DNA of 64,000 nucleotides from Candidatus Woesearchaeota archaeon (GCA_016177615.1 JACOUX010000012.1:17104-81103), one strand, 5' to 3'. Counted from the first letter of the stretch, positions 25,364 through 34,759 are shown. Notes: generated by a model from the sequence alone, not told the origin. Numbers and translations are program-made.

Positions 25364-27262
25364 ATGATAGAGTTGGCTTATCTTGCCCTGCTGCTTGTGA
25401 TTTCCATTGCGCTGGGCCGAAGAATCCTGAAATATATAGGGATTGGGTTTAATTCTAGTCTGGAAGGCATGGTTTTCTCCCTTCCATTGGGCCTTTCAGC
25501 AATAGCTTATGCAATGCTGTTCGCCGGGTTACTTGGCTACCTGTACAAATCTGTGCTTGTCATTATTTTGGCTTTGCTGTACATTGCTCTCTGGAAAGAT
25601 GTCGGAGAGCTATTGCGCATTATATTCAGTTCAATCAGGAATTTCAGCTTCAATAAATTTGTCAGGAAGCATGATATAGCGCTAAACTTTTATTCAATTG
25701 TTATCATCTTATTGCTGCTGTTTCCGCTTATGAATTTTTTTCTCAGCTTTTCCCCTCCGTGGCATTTCGATGTCATCGCATATCATCTGGCAATGGGCAA
25801 GATATACATAGCGGCGCATAAGGTTGTTTACATTCCCTACATGCTGTTCTCAAACTTTCCCTCCTTGATTGACACCATGTATATGGTTGGGCTGCTGCTT
25901 TCCAATGGAATACTGGCCAATCTGCTCGGGTATTCCCTTGGCATTGCATTCCTAGCTTCCATATACAAGTTCTGCCAGAGGTTTTTCAATGAAAGGATTG
26001 CCTTGCTTTCGTCCTTAATTTTCTACAGCTTTCCCCTCATCTTCATGCTCTCAAGAACCTCGCATATCGACGTTCAGCTTGCATTTTTTGTATTCCTGTC
26101 AGTCTATGCGATATGCGTATATTCCAAGTCCAAGGACAGCAAATGGCTTTTTTTAAGCGCGATATTTTCCGGTTTGGGGATTTCATCCAAGGTATTCGGG
26201 GCAGTTGCTGCAGCCGTCATTTTCGCCTTGCTTGTTTTGATATTAATTAGGGATGTGTCCAAAAAAAGAATGGATTATAAAAGCGCATTTGCAAAATCTG
26301 CAGCATTCTGCATTATTGCATTTGTCATTGTCATGCCCTGGCTCCTGAAAAGCTATTTTTTTACAGGCAACCCTGTATGGCCTGAGCTTAACGAGATATT
26401 TCATGGCAAATACTGGGATGAAAAACACCAGCAGGGCATTAATGTTATGCACAACCTGAGAAAGCCGAGCCTGTGCAATTATTTGCGCCTTCCATGGGAC
26501 ATAGTTACCCAGCAGGGAAAAAGGCTCGGAAACATTGACGAGGACTTGGAGATAGGTCCTTTTGTCCTGGCAATACTGCCGCTTTACTTTTTCGTTGGAA
26601 AGAAAGATAGAGTGATAAATTCATTCTTCATGCTTCTTTTCGTATACCTGACTGTCTGGTTTTTCCTGTCGCATATCTTTAGGTATGTAATTTACGCAGT
26701 TCCGCTCATAGCCATAATCTCAGGATACGTCATTCATGAGCTGCTTAAGATCAATCTACTGTCAAGGGCGCTGAAGCTTCTTCTGCTTTTTACTTTCGGC
26801 TTTAATCTCCTTTTCTTTATCGGCGCAAATGCAAAAGAATTTCCTGCTGCACTTGGGCTCGAGTCAGAAGACAATTTTCATTCAAAATATCCTGGCCCAA
26901 TATATGATGCTTCGAAGTTTGCAAACTCCAACCTGCCTGAAAGCGCAAAAATACTGCTTTTCAGGGATACAAGGGGCTATTTTATAGACAGGGGCTATGT
27001 CTGGGCTGACCCGCTGACGCAGGCTTATATTGACTATTCAAACATCAAAAGCGAGGACGATTATTACAAGGAGCTGAAAAGGCTGGGGATAACCCACATA
27101 CTGGTGAACAATAATTTTGGATGGAGAAACCCGTTGCATGACGTGATAACAAGCGATTACAGGTACACGCCTGAAATCCTGGAAATGAAAGACAGGTTCC
27201 TGGAAAAATACACAAGAAATTTGTACAATAATGGGGATATTTTGGTCAATGAACTGAAATGA
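25364..27262 (+). CDS. Polytopic membrane protein, GT-C-fold glycosyltransferase-like (ArnT/PMT-like) with a C-terminal soluble domain
   Basis: About 13 hydrophobic helices followed by a ~150-aa soluble C-terminus. Divergent from the formyltransferase/aminotransferase operon. Family assignment rests on architecture only. Confidence 0.45.
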   Translation: MIELAYLALLLVISIALGRRILKYIGIGFNSSLEGMVFSLPLGLSAIAYAMLFAGLLGYLYKSVLVIILALLYIALWKDVGELLRIIFSSIRNFSFNKFVRKHDIALNFYSIVIILLLLFPLMNFFLSFSPPWHFDVIAYHLAMGKIYIAAHKVVYIPYMLFSNFPSLIDTMYMVGLLLSNGILANLLGYSLGIAFLASIYKFCQRFFNERIALLSSLIFYSFPLIFMLSRTSHIDVQLAFFVFLSVYAICVYSKSKDSKWLFLSAIFSGLGISSKVFGAVAAAVIFALLVLILIRDVSKKRMDYKSAFAKSAAFCIIAFVIVMPWLLKSYFFTGNPVWPELNEIFHGKYWDEKHQQGINVMHNLRKPSLCNYLRLPWDIVTQQGKRLGNIDEDLEIGPFVLAILPLYFFVGKKDRVINSFFMLLFVYLTVWFFLSHIFRYVIYAVPLIAIISGYVIHELLKINLLSRALKLLLLFTFGFNLLFFIGANAKEFPAALGLESEDNFHSKYPGPIYDASKFANSNLPESAKILLFRDTRGYFIDRGYVWADPLTQAYIDYSNIKSEDDYYKELKRLGITHILVNNNFGWRNPLHDVITSDYRYTPEILEMKDRFLEKYTRNLYNNGDILVNELK

Positions 27263-27398
27263 GGAAAAAAACAAAGGCTGTTTTAATGTTGCTGTGGATA
27301 ATATTTTTTTACATAGCACACTATTATTTTGCCATAAAAAAATATCTCCCTATGGTAAGAAACTACATCCCATTCTTTTGGTGATAAGTCTTTTAATA

Positions 27399-27443
27399 TC
27401 GTAAATTGCGGTAATTGGTACAATAAATAGCCGCAATTTACGA
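27399..27443. repeat. Perfect 13-bp inverted repeat with a ~19-nt spacer in a convergent intergenic region
   Basis: tcgtaaattgcgg ... ccgcaatttacga. Further GCAATT(G) copies lie at ~27449-27458 and ~27478-27485. Confidence 0.75.
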
Positions 27444-27499
27444 GATAGGCAATTGCGTGTAAATATAATCAATTAACGCAATTGTCTATAATAAAGATA

Positions 27500-28492
27500 T
27501 TATTCCAGAATTCCATTTGATTTATAATATTCTATCGCCCTTAAGACAGATTCTTTCAGCTTGACCTTTGGCTTCCATCCAAGCTCTTTTCCTGCTTTTG
27601 CATTGTCAAAGTACTTGTAGTTGAAATGCCACCTGACAGCTTCTGAAGTTAGAGGCGGCTCTTCCATCGCAGCCTCAAATATTTTTCCAAGGGAATACAT
27701 TGGATAATACATCATTCTCGGCATCATCAGCCTTATTTTCGGCTTGCCCAATAATCCTGCAATCAGGTTGTAGAAGTCATAAATCCTTATGTTGTTGGCG
27801 CTCAATATGTACCTTTCTCCTGATTTTCCGTGCTGCATTGCCAGAGTCAAGCCATCAACAACATCCTCAACAGCAACATTGCCTCCCCCTCCCGGATATG
27901 TGAATTTGATCCTGCATCTTGAGATGCTCTGCCACAATCCATATCTCCTCTTGTCAACCTCCCCTGCCCCGATTACATAAGACGGGTTGGCTGTGACAGC
28001 GTTCAATCCTTTGCCTACATAATAATTAACCTTGTCTTCTGCCAATTTTTTTGACTGCGCATACAGGTTGTCCTTGAAATCTAAATTGTCTTTTTCGTCC
28101 AATAATGTTTTTTCGCTTCTTGAAAACCCAAACACAGCGCTTGAGCTGACATTTACAGTTTTTTTGACTTTTGACTTCAGGCAGGCTTTCATCACATTCT
28201 CTGTCCCAAGGACATTTGTGCCAAAAATCTCCTTTTTGTGCTTTTGGCTGCTTAATGTGCATGCAGCAAGATGATAAACATAGCCATTTCCTTTGACAGC
28301 GCTTAAGACAGAATCATAATCCTGCAAATCGCCTTTTATCCTTTTGATTCTCAAACCTTTCAGAAAAGCATGCTCCGTGTCTTTGGCAAATATGGTGATT
28401 CCATTCCCTTCATGGTAAAGCTTTCTGGCCAAATTTGAGCCTATGAAACCAGTGCCGCCTGTGATAAGTATCCTTGCTTTTGCTTTAGCCAT
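27500..28492 (-). CDS. NAD-dependent epimerase/dehydratase (extended SDR)
   Basis: ARILITGGTGFIGSNLARKL and YAQSK. I prefer the ATG at 28492 (MAKAKARILITGG). Confidence 0.8.
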   Translation of the reverse strand: MAKAKARILITGGTGFIGSNLARKLYHEGNGITIFAKDTEHAFLKGLRIKRIKGDLQDYDSVLSAVKGNGYVYHLAACTLSSQKHKKEIFGTNVLGTENVMKACLKSKVKKTVNVSSSAVFGFSRSEKTLLDEKDNLDFKDNLYAQSKKLAEDKVNYYVGKGLNAVTANPSYVIGAGEVDKRRYGLWQSISRCRIKFTYPGGGGNVAVEDVVDGLTLAMQHGKSGERYILSANNIRIYDFYNLIAGLLGKPKIRLMMPRMMYYPMYSLGKIFEAAMEEPPLTSEAVRWHFNYKYFDNAKAGKELGWKPKVKLKESVLRAIEYYKSNGILE

Positions 28493-28546
28493 ATTACAAA
28501 GCCGCACATTGCAGCGCATTGTTTAAAAAGATTGTGCATAAAAACA

Positions 28547-28553
28547 TTTAAAA
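28547..28553 (+). promoter_or_regulatory. TATA-like box for the GT9 gene
   Basis: TTTAAAA centred ~28 nt upstream of the ATG at 28578. Confidence 0.4.
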
Positions 28554-28577
28554 CATGCCGATAATCTTGCTCCAAAT

Positions 28578-29585
28578 ATGGGACTGAAAATAATATTCAT
28601 AGCCCTAAACGGGATAGGCAACACTATACTTCTGACTCCAGTTTTCATAAACTTAAAGAAAAATCTGCCAGATTCGGTTATCAGCGTGCTTGCCCTGAAT
28701 GACTCTGCAGAGGTTGTAAGGAACAGCCCGTATGTCGATGAAGTTATTGTGTACCAGTCAAAAGCCTCATTTTTCAGCAGATTGCTGTTCCTGCTTCGGC
28801 TCAGGAAAAAAAGGTATGATCTTAGCTTTTATCCTTATCCAAATGTTAGCATAATGAGCGCTCTGATGGGATTTGTGATTGGGGCAAAAAAGAGGGTAAA
28901 TTTTCAGTACAGGCTTTTTGGATCATGGAGAAGATTTTTTGACACGATAAGCGTTCCTGTGGATTTCAGCAGGCATGATGTGGAAAAAAATCTCGACTTG
29001 CTTAGGGCGCTTGGCATGAAAATCCATTCCAAAAGCCTTTTCATTCCAGTAAGTGAAAGCGACAAAAAATATGCCTGCAATCTTCTTAGTGGCATGGTAA
29101 AAAAGAATGATGCCCTTATAGGAATGCACATCGGCTCCAAGGAAGGCATGAGGATATGGCCGACTGAAAATTTCGCTTCACTGGCAAAAAAGCTTTTGGC
29201 AATCAATAAACTGAAGATAGCCATTGTCGGCACTAAAATCGAGAAAGGTTTGGTTAGGAATTTCCAGGAATTCCGCCAGCCCAATATCATTAATCTTATA
29301 GGAAAAACAAGCATACCGCAGACAACTGCCCTGATTGGGAAGTGCAGGCTTTTCATCTCGACAGATTCCGGGCCAATGCACATGGCGGCTGCAGCAGGAA
29401 CCAAAGTAATCTCCATCTACCTTGGGCCGCATATAAAGAGGACAGCTCCTTTTGGAGAGCAGCATATAGTATTCCTCACAAACAAGGCCACAATGAAGTC
29501 TGATAAGAACAAGAACCATATTTACGCTGATGAAATTACGCCTGAAATGGTTTTCAGGAAGGTAAAAGAGATAGTTAGTCCGTAA
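28578..29585 (+). CDS. Glycosyltransferase family 9 (heptosyltransferase-like)
   Basis: N-terminal KIIFIALNGIGNTILLTPVFINLKK and C-terminal LIGKCRLFISTDSGPMHMAAAAGTKVISIY are typical of the RfaF/WaaC family. Confidence 0.7.
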   Translation: MGLKIIFIALNGIGNTILLTPVFINLKKNLPDSVISVLALNDSAEVVRNSPYVDEVIVYQSKASFFSRLLFLLRLRKKRYDLSFYPYPNVSIMSALMGFVIGAKKRVNFQYRLFGSWRRFFDTISVPVDFSRHDVEKNLDLLRALGMKIHSKSLFIPVSESDKKYACNLLSGMVKKNDALIGMHIGSKEGMRIWPTENFASLAKKLLAINKLKIAIVGTKIEKGLVRNFQEFRQPNIINLIGKTSIPQTTALIGKCRLFISTDSGPMHMAAAAGTKVISIYLGPHIKRTAPFGEQHIVFLTNKATMKSDKNKNHIYADEITPEMVFRKVKEIVSP

Positions 29586-30711
29586 ATGACTTGTAGAACT
29601 TTTCTGCAACCTTTTCTATTGAAAATTTCTTCAAAATGAGCCTTCTTCCATTCGCAGCCATTCTTTTTGCCTCTTCTCTTTTGCCAAGCATCCTTTTAAT
29701 GCAGCCTGCCAAATCTTCAACATCGAATCTCCTGGCTACCAGCCCTGTAACTCCGTCTTTTACTACAAAATCCAAGCCGCCGCATTCCATTGCAACAACC
29801 GGAACACCGCATGCAAGCGCTTCATTGACGGCAGGGGTGATTTCCTGAAAATTTGCAAGTACAAATACTGATGATTGGTTGTAAATCATGGCAAGCTCAT
29901 CGTGTTTTTTTGCACCCAGAAATTTCACATTGCTGCTTATGCCAAGCCTATTTGCCAATCTTTCAATTGAATTTTTATAATACCCTTCTCCGACAATCCA
30001 CAGCTCTACATCATCGCCGTTATCAATAAGGATCTTTGCAGCTTTTATTATCAGATGGTGGCCTTTCAGCTTATATAAGCCCCCTACAGACAGTATTACT
30101 GGCTTAGAACGTTTTTCCGTTTTAAGCGGCCTGAAGCATTTGGTGTCAGTCGGATGCCCGATGACAATGCTTTTCTTTGCCCCTTTGTCAAGAAGACCAA
30201 GCCTAATGTACCTTTCTTCTGCCTCTGGATTTGCAAACAGGAAATGCCTCGCGAACCTGCAGGCTTTTCTTGCAAAATGCAATGCGATTGGCTTGGTAAT
30301 CCTGAACAGGAAGAAGCCCTCGACAGTCTGCGATGTCCTGTAAATAAGCCTGGAATTGTATTTTTTCGCTGCCAAGTAAGACTGGTACGCAAACCAATAG
30401 AATTCAGGATTGCTGGATTCAATGACGTCATACCCATTTAGCTTTTCCACAAGGTCAAAATAACAAAATCTTGGAAGCCCAATCACAAACAGGATTTTTT
30501 CGATAGGTGTCTTATAGTCAAGGCTTCTTATTTTTTCAATCCTGAAATTTGCATAAGAAAGCTCGTTCTTTCTGTCGGTGAATATTGTCGCCCTTACCCC
30601 ATATTTCTTGATCAAATATTCATAAACTTTCAGCAGGTTCTGCAGAGATGAATTTATGCTGGGCTGCGTCGGGATTACGATTGCAGCATTAATGGCGCTT
30701 GGTTTTTTCAT
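29575..30711 (-). CDS. Glycosyltransferase family 4 (GT-B, group 1)
   Basis: LSVGGLYKLKGHHLIIKAA...ELWIVGEG...EITPAVNEALACGVPVVA...GVTGLV. I prefer the ATG at 30711; the track start 30723 is a TTG. Confidence 0.8.
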   Translation of the reverse strand: MKKPSAINAAIVIPTQPSINSSLQNLLKVYEYLIKKYGVRATIFTDRKNELSYANFRIEKIRSLDYKTPIEKILFVIGLPRFCYFDLVEKLNGYDVIESSNPEFYWFAYQSYLAAKKYNSRLIYRTSQTVEGFFLFRITKPIALHFARKACRFARHFLFANPEAEERYIRLGLLDKGAKKSIVIGHPTDTKCFRPLKTEKRSKPVILSVGGLYKLKGHHLIIKAAKILIDNGDDVELWIVGEGYYKNSIERLANRLGISSNVKFLGAKKHDELAMIYNQSSVFVLANFQEITPAVNEALACGVPVVAMECGGLDFVVKDGVTGLVARRFDVEDLAGCIKRMLGKREEAKRMAANGRRLILKKFSIEKVAEKFYKSFTD

Positions 30712-30731
30712 CAATTTTCTCAACAGATAAC

Positions 30732-30741
30732 TATTTAAATA
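30732..30741. promoter_or_regulatory. Palindromic TATA box shared by the divergent GT4 and wecB genes
   Basis: TATTTAAATA is its own reverse complement. Its centre is ~26 nt from the ATG at 30711 (minus) and ~26 nt from the ATG at 30763 (plus). Confidence 0.5.
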
Positions 30742-30762
30742 ACTTTTTGTTTTTCAGACGAC

Positions 30763-31869
30763 ATGCTTAAGATAGCAAGCGTTGTGGGGACACGGCCGAA
30801 TTTCATCAAGATATCGCCGCTGGTCAATGAGATAAAAAGGCACAGAGATGTAAAGCATATCCTTATCCATACCGGCCAGCATTATGACAAGCAAATGTCA
30901 AAATCCTTTTTCGATGAGCTTGGAATACCGAAGCCAGATATTAATCTTGGTGTAGGCTCTGCTCATGATGCTGTGCAGACAGCCAGGATAATCCTTGAAC
31001 TGGAGAAAGTCCTTTCAAGGGAGAAGCCCGATTTAGTTATTGTGGTGGGAGATGTGAATTCCACGTTTGCAGCAGCCATAACAGCAAAGAAGTGCGGAAT
31101 CCCTGTTGCCCATGTGGAATCCGGGTTGAGAAGCTTTGACATGGGAATGCCCGAGGAAATAAACAGGATTTTGACCGACCATATATCTGACTTCCTTTTC
31201 ACCACAGAAGAAAGCGGTAATGAAAACCTGCTGAAGGAAGGTGTAGATAAGCGCAAGATTTTTTTTGTAGGCAATGTAATGATAGATACTCTGCTGCATC
31301 ACAGAAAAAAGGCTGAAAAGTCTGCCATTTTATCAAAATTAAGGCTGAAAAAGAATGAGTATTTTGTCTTGACACTGCACAGGCCAAGCAATGTTGATGA
31401 TCAAAAATCGCTTGAGAGAACTTTGGGAATCCTGGAGCCGCTGCTGCAAAAAATAAAAATTGTTTTTCCGGTGCATCCAAGGACATTAAAAAGCCTGAAG
31501 CGCTATAACCTGTTAAGCAGGATTAGCAGCAAGAAAAATATGGTGCTGACAGGCCCACTGGGCTACCTTGATTTTCTGCACCTGATGGCAAATGCTAAGC
31601 TTGTCATCACTGATTCAGGAGGCATACAGGAAGAAACCACTGTTCTTGGCGTTCCATGCATCACATTAAGGAAAAACACAGAAAGGCCTGTAACATGTAA
31701 GCAGGGGACAAATGTGCTGGTGAGCGCAGAAAAAAATGAAGTGGTTGATGCAGCCAGCAGAATTATCAGCGGGCAGAAGCCAACAGCCAGGATCCCAAAA
31801 TTCTGGGACGGAAAGGCTGCAGGCAGGATAGTGAAAACATTATTGCAGGCTAAAGGCAGGCAGGTTTAA
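30763..31869 (+). CDS. wecB: UDP-N-acetylglucosamine 2-epimerase (non-hydrolysing)
   Basis: KIASVVGTRPNFIKISPLVNEIK...HTGQHYDKQMSKSFFDELGIP...DSGGIQEETTVLGVPCITLR. Confidence 0.88.
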   Translation: MLKIASVVGTRPNFIKISPLVNEIKRHRDVKHILIHTGQHYDKQMSKSFFDELGIPKPDINLGVGSAHDAVQTARIILELEKVLSREKPDLVIVVGDVNSTFAAAITAKKCGIPVAHVESGLRSFDMGMPEEINRILTDHISDFLFTTEESGNENLLKEGVDKRKIFFVGNVMIDTLLHHRKKAEKSAILSKLRLKKNEYFVLTLHRPSNVDDQKSLERTLGILEPLLQKIKIVFPVHPRTLKSLKRYNLLSRISSKKNMVLTGPLGYLDFLHLMANAKLVITDSGGIQEETTVLGVPCITLRKNTERPVTCKQGTNVLVSAEKNEVVDAASRIISGQKPTARIPKFWDGKAAGRIVKTLLQAKGRQV

Positions 31870-31926
31870 GTATTAGTGGTATCGATATTTGTAATTATAA
31901 TTTGTAATTAAAAAATCAAGAACCCA

Positions 31927-33339
31927 ATGTCACTGCAGAAAAAGATATTAAGGAACTTAAGCTTCGTAACTATTGGGGAAATAGTATCCAATCTACTGTC
32001 CTATTTCCTTATAATACTGATTGCAAGGAAGCTTGGCACGGAAGGGCTGGGGATTTATTCTTTTGCGTTCGCATTTGTAGGGTTGTTTGCGGTGCTTAAT
32101 GACTTCGGGCTTTCAACATTTTTTGTGCGGGAAGTCGCAAAAAAAAAAGAGGATGTTGTGAATTATTTCGGCAATTATGCTGCCATGAGGCTTATATTGT
32201 GCATATTGTCCCTGCTTCTTCCTTTGGTGATTATTCTGTTTCTAAAAAGGTCTCATGAGGTTATTGTAGTAGTTTACCTTGCGTCATTCATCTTCTTTAT
32301 GCAAACATATTCCTACGTCCCGCGGAATGCTTTTCTTGCCTTCCAGGAAATGAAATATGATTCTATTGTGAAGGTAGCAGAGCGCGTATTTGCATTTATA
32401 TTAGGAATTTATGCATTGCTTGCCGGATACGGGCTGGTTGGCTTTCTTGCAGCGCTGGCAATATCAAACCTGATTGCGCTTGCCATATCGATATTGCTGC
32501 TGAAAAAAATATCTGTTGGCTTCAGATTAAGGTTTGATTACAAATTGTGGAAAAGCATGATTTATGCTTCATGGCCATTCTGGCTCACGTGGGTATTTCT
32601 GCAGATTTATTTCCAGATTGATACTGTTATGCTCTCTTTTATTAAAGGTTACGAGGCGACAGGAATATACAATGCAGCCTATAAGCTGATATTTGTTATA
32701 GACAAGATTCCATTGGCAGTTGGCATGGTATTGTTTCCGGTCATGTCGGAGCTGCATGCAAGCTCTAAAAAGCTTTTGAAGAGAACTCTGGAGAAAGGAA
32801 TGCACCTTCTTTCAATCATAAGCTTCCCAATTGCAGCAGGAATCACAGTTATATCAAGCAGGATAATCCTGTTCATATACAAGTCCGGGTTTGAAAAGTC
32901 AACAATTACTCTCCAGATACTGATATGGACAACTATTTTCATGTTTTTCAGCTATCTCATAGGATGGTTTTTGAATGCAATCGACAAGCAAAAGGTGTTT
33001 GCATATTCAACGGGATTTTGCCTTTTAATGAACGTAATCCTAAATGCCTTGCTTATCCCAAAATTTAGTTACATTGGGGCATCCGCAGCCACGCTTGCAA
33101 CCGCAGCCCTTAACTTTGCAGTCCTCTATTATTTCACAGTGAAAGCCGGTTATTTTGACAACATTCTGAGATTTGCCATAAGGCCTGTTATCGCATCGGC
33201 ATTGATGGCGCTCTTTATTGTATTTTTTGGAGGAAGCGTCCACATTATTGCCCTAATTCCGATAGCTGCCCTGATTTACCTGCTGCTGCTTGCCTTGATG
33301 GGCGATATTAAGAGGGAAGACTTCCAGAGCATCTTCTGA
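31927..33339 (+). CDS. Polysaccharide/oligosaccharide flippase (Wzx-like, MOP superfamily)
   Basis: A 470-aa protein with ~12-14 TM helices and the usual polysaccharide-biosynthesis-protein layout. Located in a glycan cluster. Confidence 0.7.
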   Translation: MSLQKKILRNLSFVTIGEIVSNLLSYFLIILIARKLGTEGLGIYSFAFAFVGLFAVLNDFGLSTFFVREVAKKKEDVVNYFGNYAAMRLILCILSLLLPLVIILFLKRSHEVIVVVYLASFIFFMQTYSYVPRNAFLAFQEMKYDSIVKVAERVFAFILGIYALLAGYGLVGFLAALAISNLIALAISILLLKKISVGFRLRFDYKLWKSMIYASWPFWLTWVFLQIYFQIDTVMLSFIKGYEATGIYNAAYKLIFVIDKIPLAVGMVLFPVMSELHASSKKLLKRTLEKGMHLLSIISFPIAAGITVISSRIILFIYKSGFEKSTITLQILIWTTIFMFFSYLIGWFLNAIDKQKVFAYSTGFCLLMNVILNALLIPKFSYIGASAATLATAALNFAVLYYFTVKAGYFDNILRFAIRPVIASALMALFIVFFGGSVHIIALIPIAALIYLLLLALMGDIKREDFQSIF

Positions 33340-33402
33340 TCGCTGGTTTATTTTTGACACATAAACCGAAAAAAAGAAAAAGAGGCGGAGTAGTGCATTC
33401 TT

Positions 33403-34605
33403 GTGAGCAATAAAAAATTTTGGGTGTCTCTGATATTTGCATTCTTTTTCCTAATTAATTATGTCTTTGCCGCGCAAATAAACAGCACTAATTATGAGCA
33501 GGTCGTCATTGTTTCTGCCGGCGGAGAAAATATCTCAAGCTCTTCTTATAACATGGGCATTGCAGCAGGAATAATAAGCAAAGTCGTGTCTTCCTCATCT
33601 TACATCAACAGGCTTGGATTTTTCAATCTGTTCCTTCTTGCAGATGGTCGGCCTTGCGCCTCAGCCAGCCAGTGCCAAGGGGGCTTTTGCTGCAGCAATC
33701 TCTGCTCAAGCTCTTCGTGCCCTGTGAGCACCACAACTAGTACTAGTGGCGGCGGAACCGGAGGGGGCGGAGGTGGTGGTGGAGGTGGTGGATCATTGCC
33801 GTCAGCAAAACCACCAATTCCTGTAAAAGAGTTTAGTGTCTCTCCAAGCTCGATAAAGGAAGAGTTGGCGCTGGGCGCTGCAAGCACAAGAACATTCAGG
33901 ATAAAGAATACCGGCAGCGAACCAATGAATTTTGATTTGGAGTTGATGGATATTGGAGGGTTTGTGGCTTTGTCTGATATAAGCTTCAGCATTGGACCAG
34001 GCGAGGAAAAAGTAGTTGAGGCTGGATTCATCGGAAAGAAGCTTGGATCCTACATCGGCAAGATTCTTGTGAGGAGTGATGAAGAGGAAAAATCCATTAT
34101 CGCTGTTGTTGACATATCATCTGACCAGGCGCTATTTGATGCAAAGCTTGACATTCCTCCTGCCTATAAGGAGGTTGAGCAGGGCGGAGAGCTTAAGGCC
34201 CAGATTACTTTGTTGAATGTGGGATCTCCAAAAAAGGTGGATGTTGCAGTAACATATCTTATTAAAGACACTCGCGGAAACGTAATCCATGAGTCTTCAG
34301 AGACATTCGCTGTGGAAAAGCAGACCTCATATGTAAAGTCTTTCAAGCTTGGTGAGAAGTTCGGGCCCGAAGACTATTTAGTCATTGCTGAAGTCAGGTA
34401 TGGAAATTTATTCGCAGTTTCCAGCGAGCTGTTCAAGATAATTCCAAAGCAAACCTCAATTAAAAAGTCACTGGGATCAAGCTCAACATTCAAATATATT
34501 TCTGCTCTGGCTCTGCTCATTGGAGTCTTATTGGTGTTGGCGCTCACGCCCCTTGACAGGTTCTTAAAAAGGATATTCAATCTAGGGGGCAAGGGCAGAA
34601 ACTGA
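33403..34605 (+). CDS. Secreted, C-terminally membrane-anchored surface protein (Cys-rich module, poly-Gly linker, two beta-sandwich-like domains)
   Basis: GTG start with GAGGCGGA upstream and a signal peptide ...NYVFA/AQ. C-x5-C-x4-CC-x3-C-x4-C module, then G15-type linker and a C-terminal TM (ALALLIGVLLVLAL). The ectodomain is paralogous to that of the next gene. Confidence 0.6.
   Translation: MSNKKFWVSLIFAFFFLINYVFAAQINSTNYEQVVIVSAGGENISSSSYNMGIAAGIISKVVSSSSYINRLGFFNLFLLADGRPCASASQCQGGFCCSNLCSSSSCPVSTTTSTSGGGTGGGGGGGGGGGSLPSAKPPIPVKEFSVSPSSIKEELALGAASTRTFRIKNTGSEPMNFDLELMDIGGFVALSDISFSIGPGEEKVVEAGFIGKKLGSYIGKILVRSDEEEKSIIAVVDISSDQALFDAKLDIPPAYKEVEQGGELKAQITLLNVGSPKKVDVAVTYLIKDTRGNVIHESSETFAVEKQTSYVKSFKLGEKFGPEDYLVIAEVRYGNLFAVSSELFKIIPKQTSIKKSLGSSSTFKYISALALLIGVLLVLALTPLDRFLKRIFNLGGKGRN
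33748..33792 (+). repeat. GGN simple repeat encoding a poly-glycine linker
   Basis: Encodes GGGTGGGGGGGGGGG. Confidence 0.9.
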
Positions 34606-34759
34606 AAAAAGAGTTGATAATTTCCGAAACCTATTTAAACATACAAATTTAGATTCTTAATCGCGTTACACTACAAAAAAAGAGGTGGATGTTATGTCTT
34701 ATGCATTCTTGCGCCATTTTTCTTGCCATGCATCTAATTCCTTTGCGGGGTGACCGGCT

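Noticed and set aside
27286-27384. 32-codon hydrophobic ORF (MLLWIIFFYIAHYYFAIKKYLPMVRNYIPFFW) after the GT-C-like gene.
   Set aside because: It is too short, has no conservation evidence, and could be chance in AT-rich DNA. It is mentioned only in the inverted-repeat finding.
33600-34031. 143-aa minus-strand ORF containing a poly-Pro run.
   Set aside because: It is the antisense of the poly-Gly GGN repeat in the surface protein gene. The plus-strand ORF has a signal peptide, a TM anchor and a paralogue next door.
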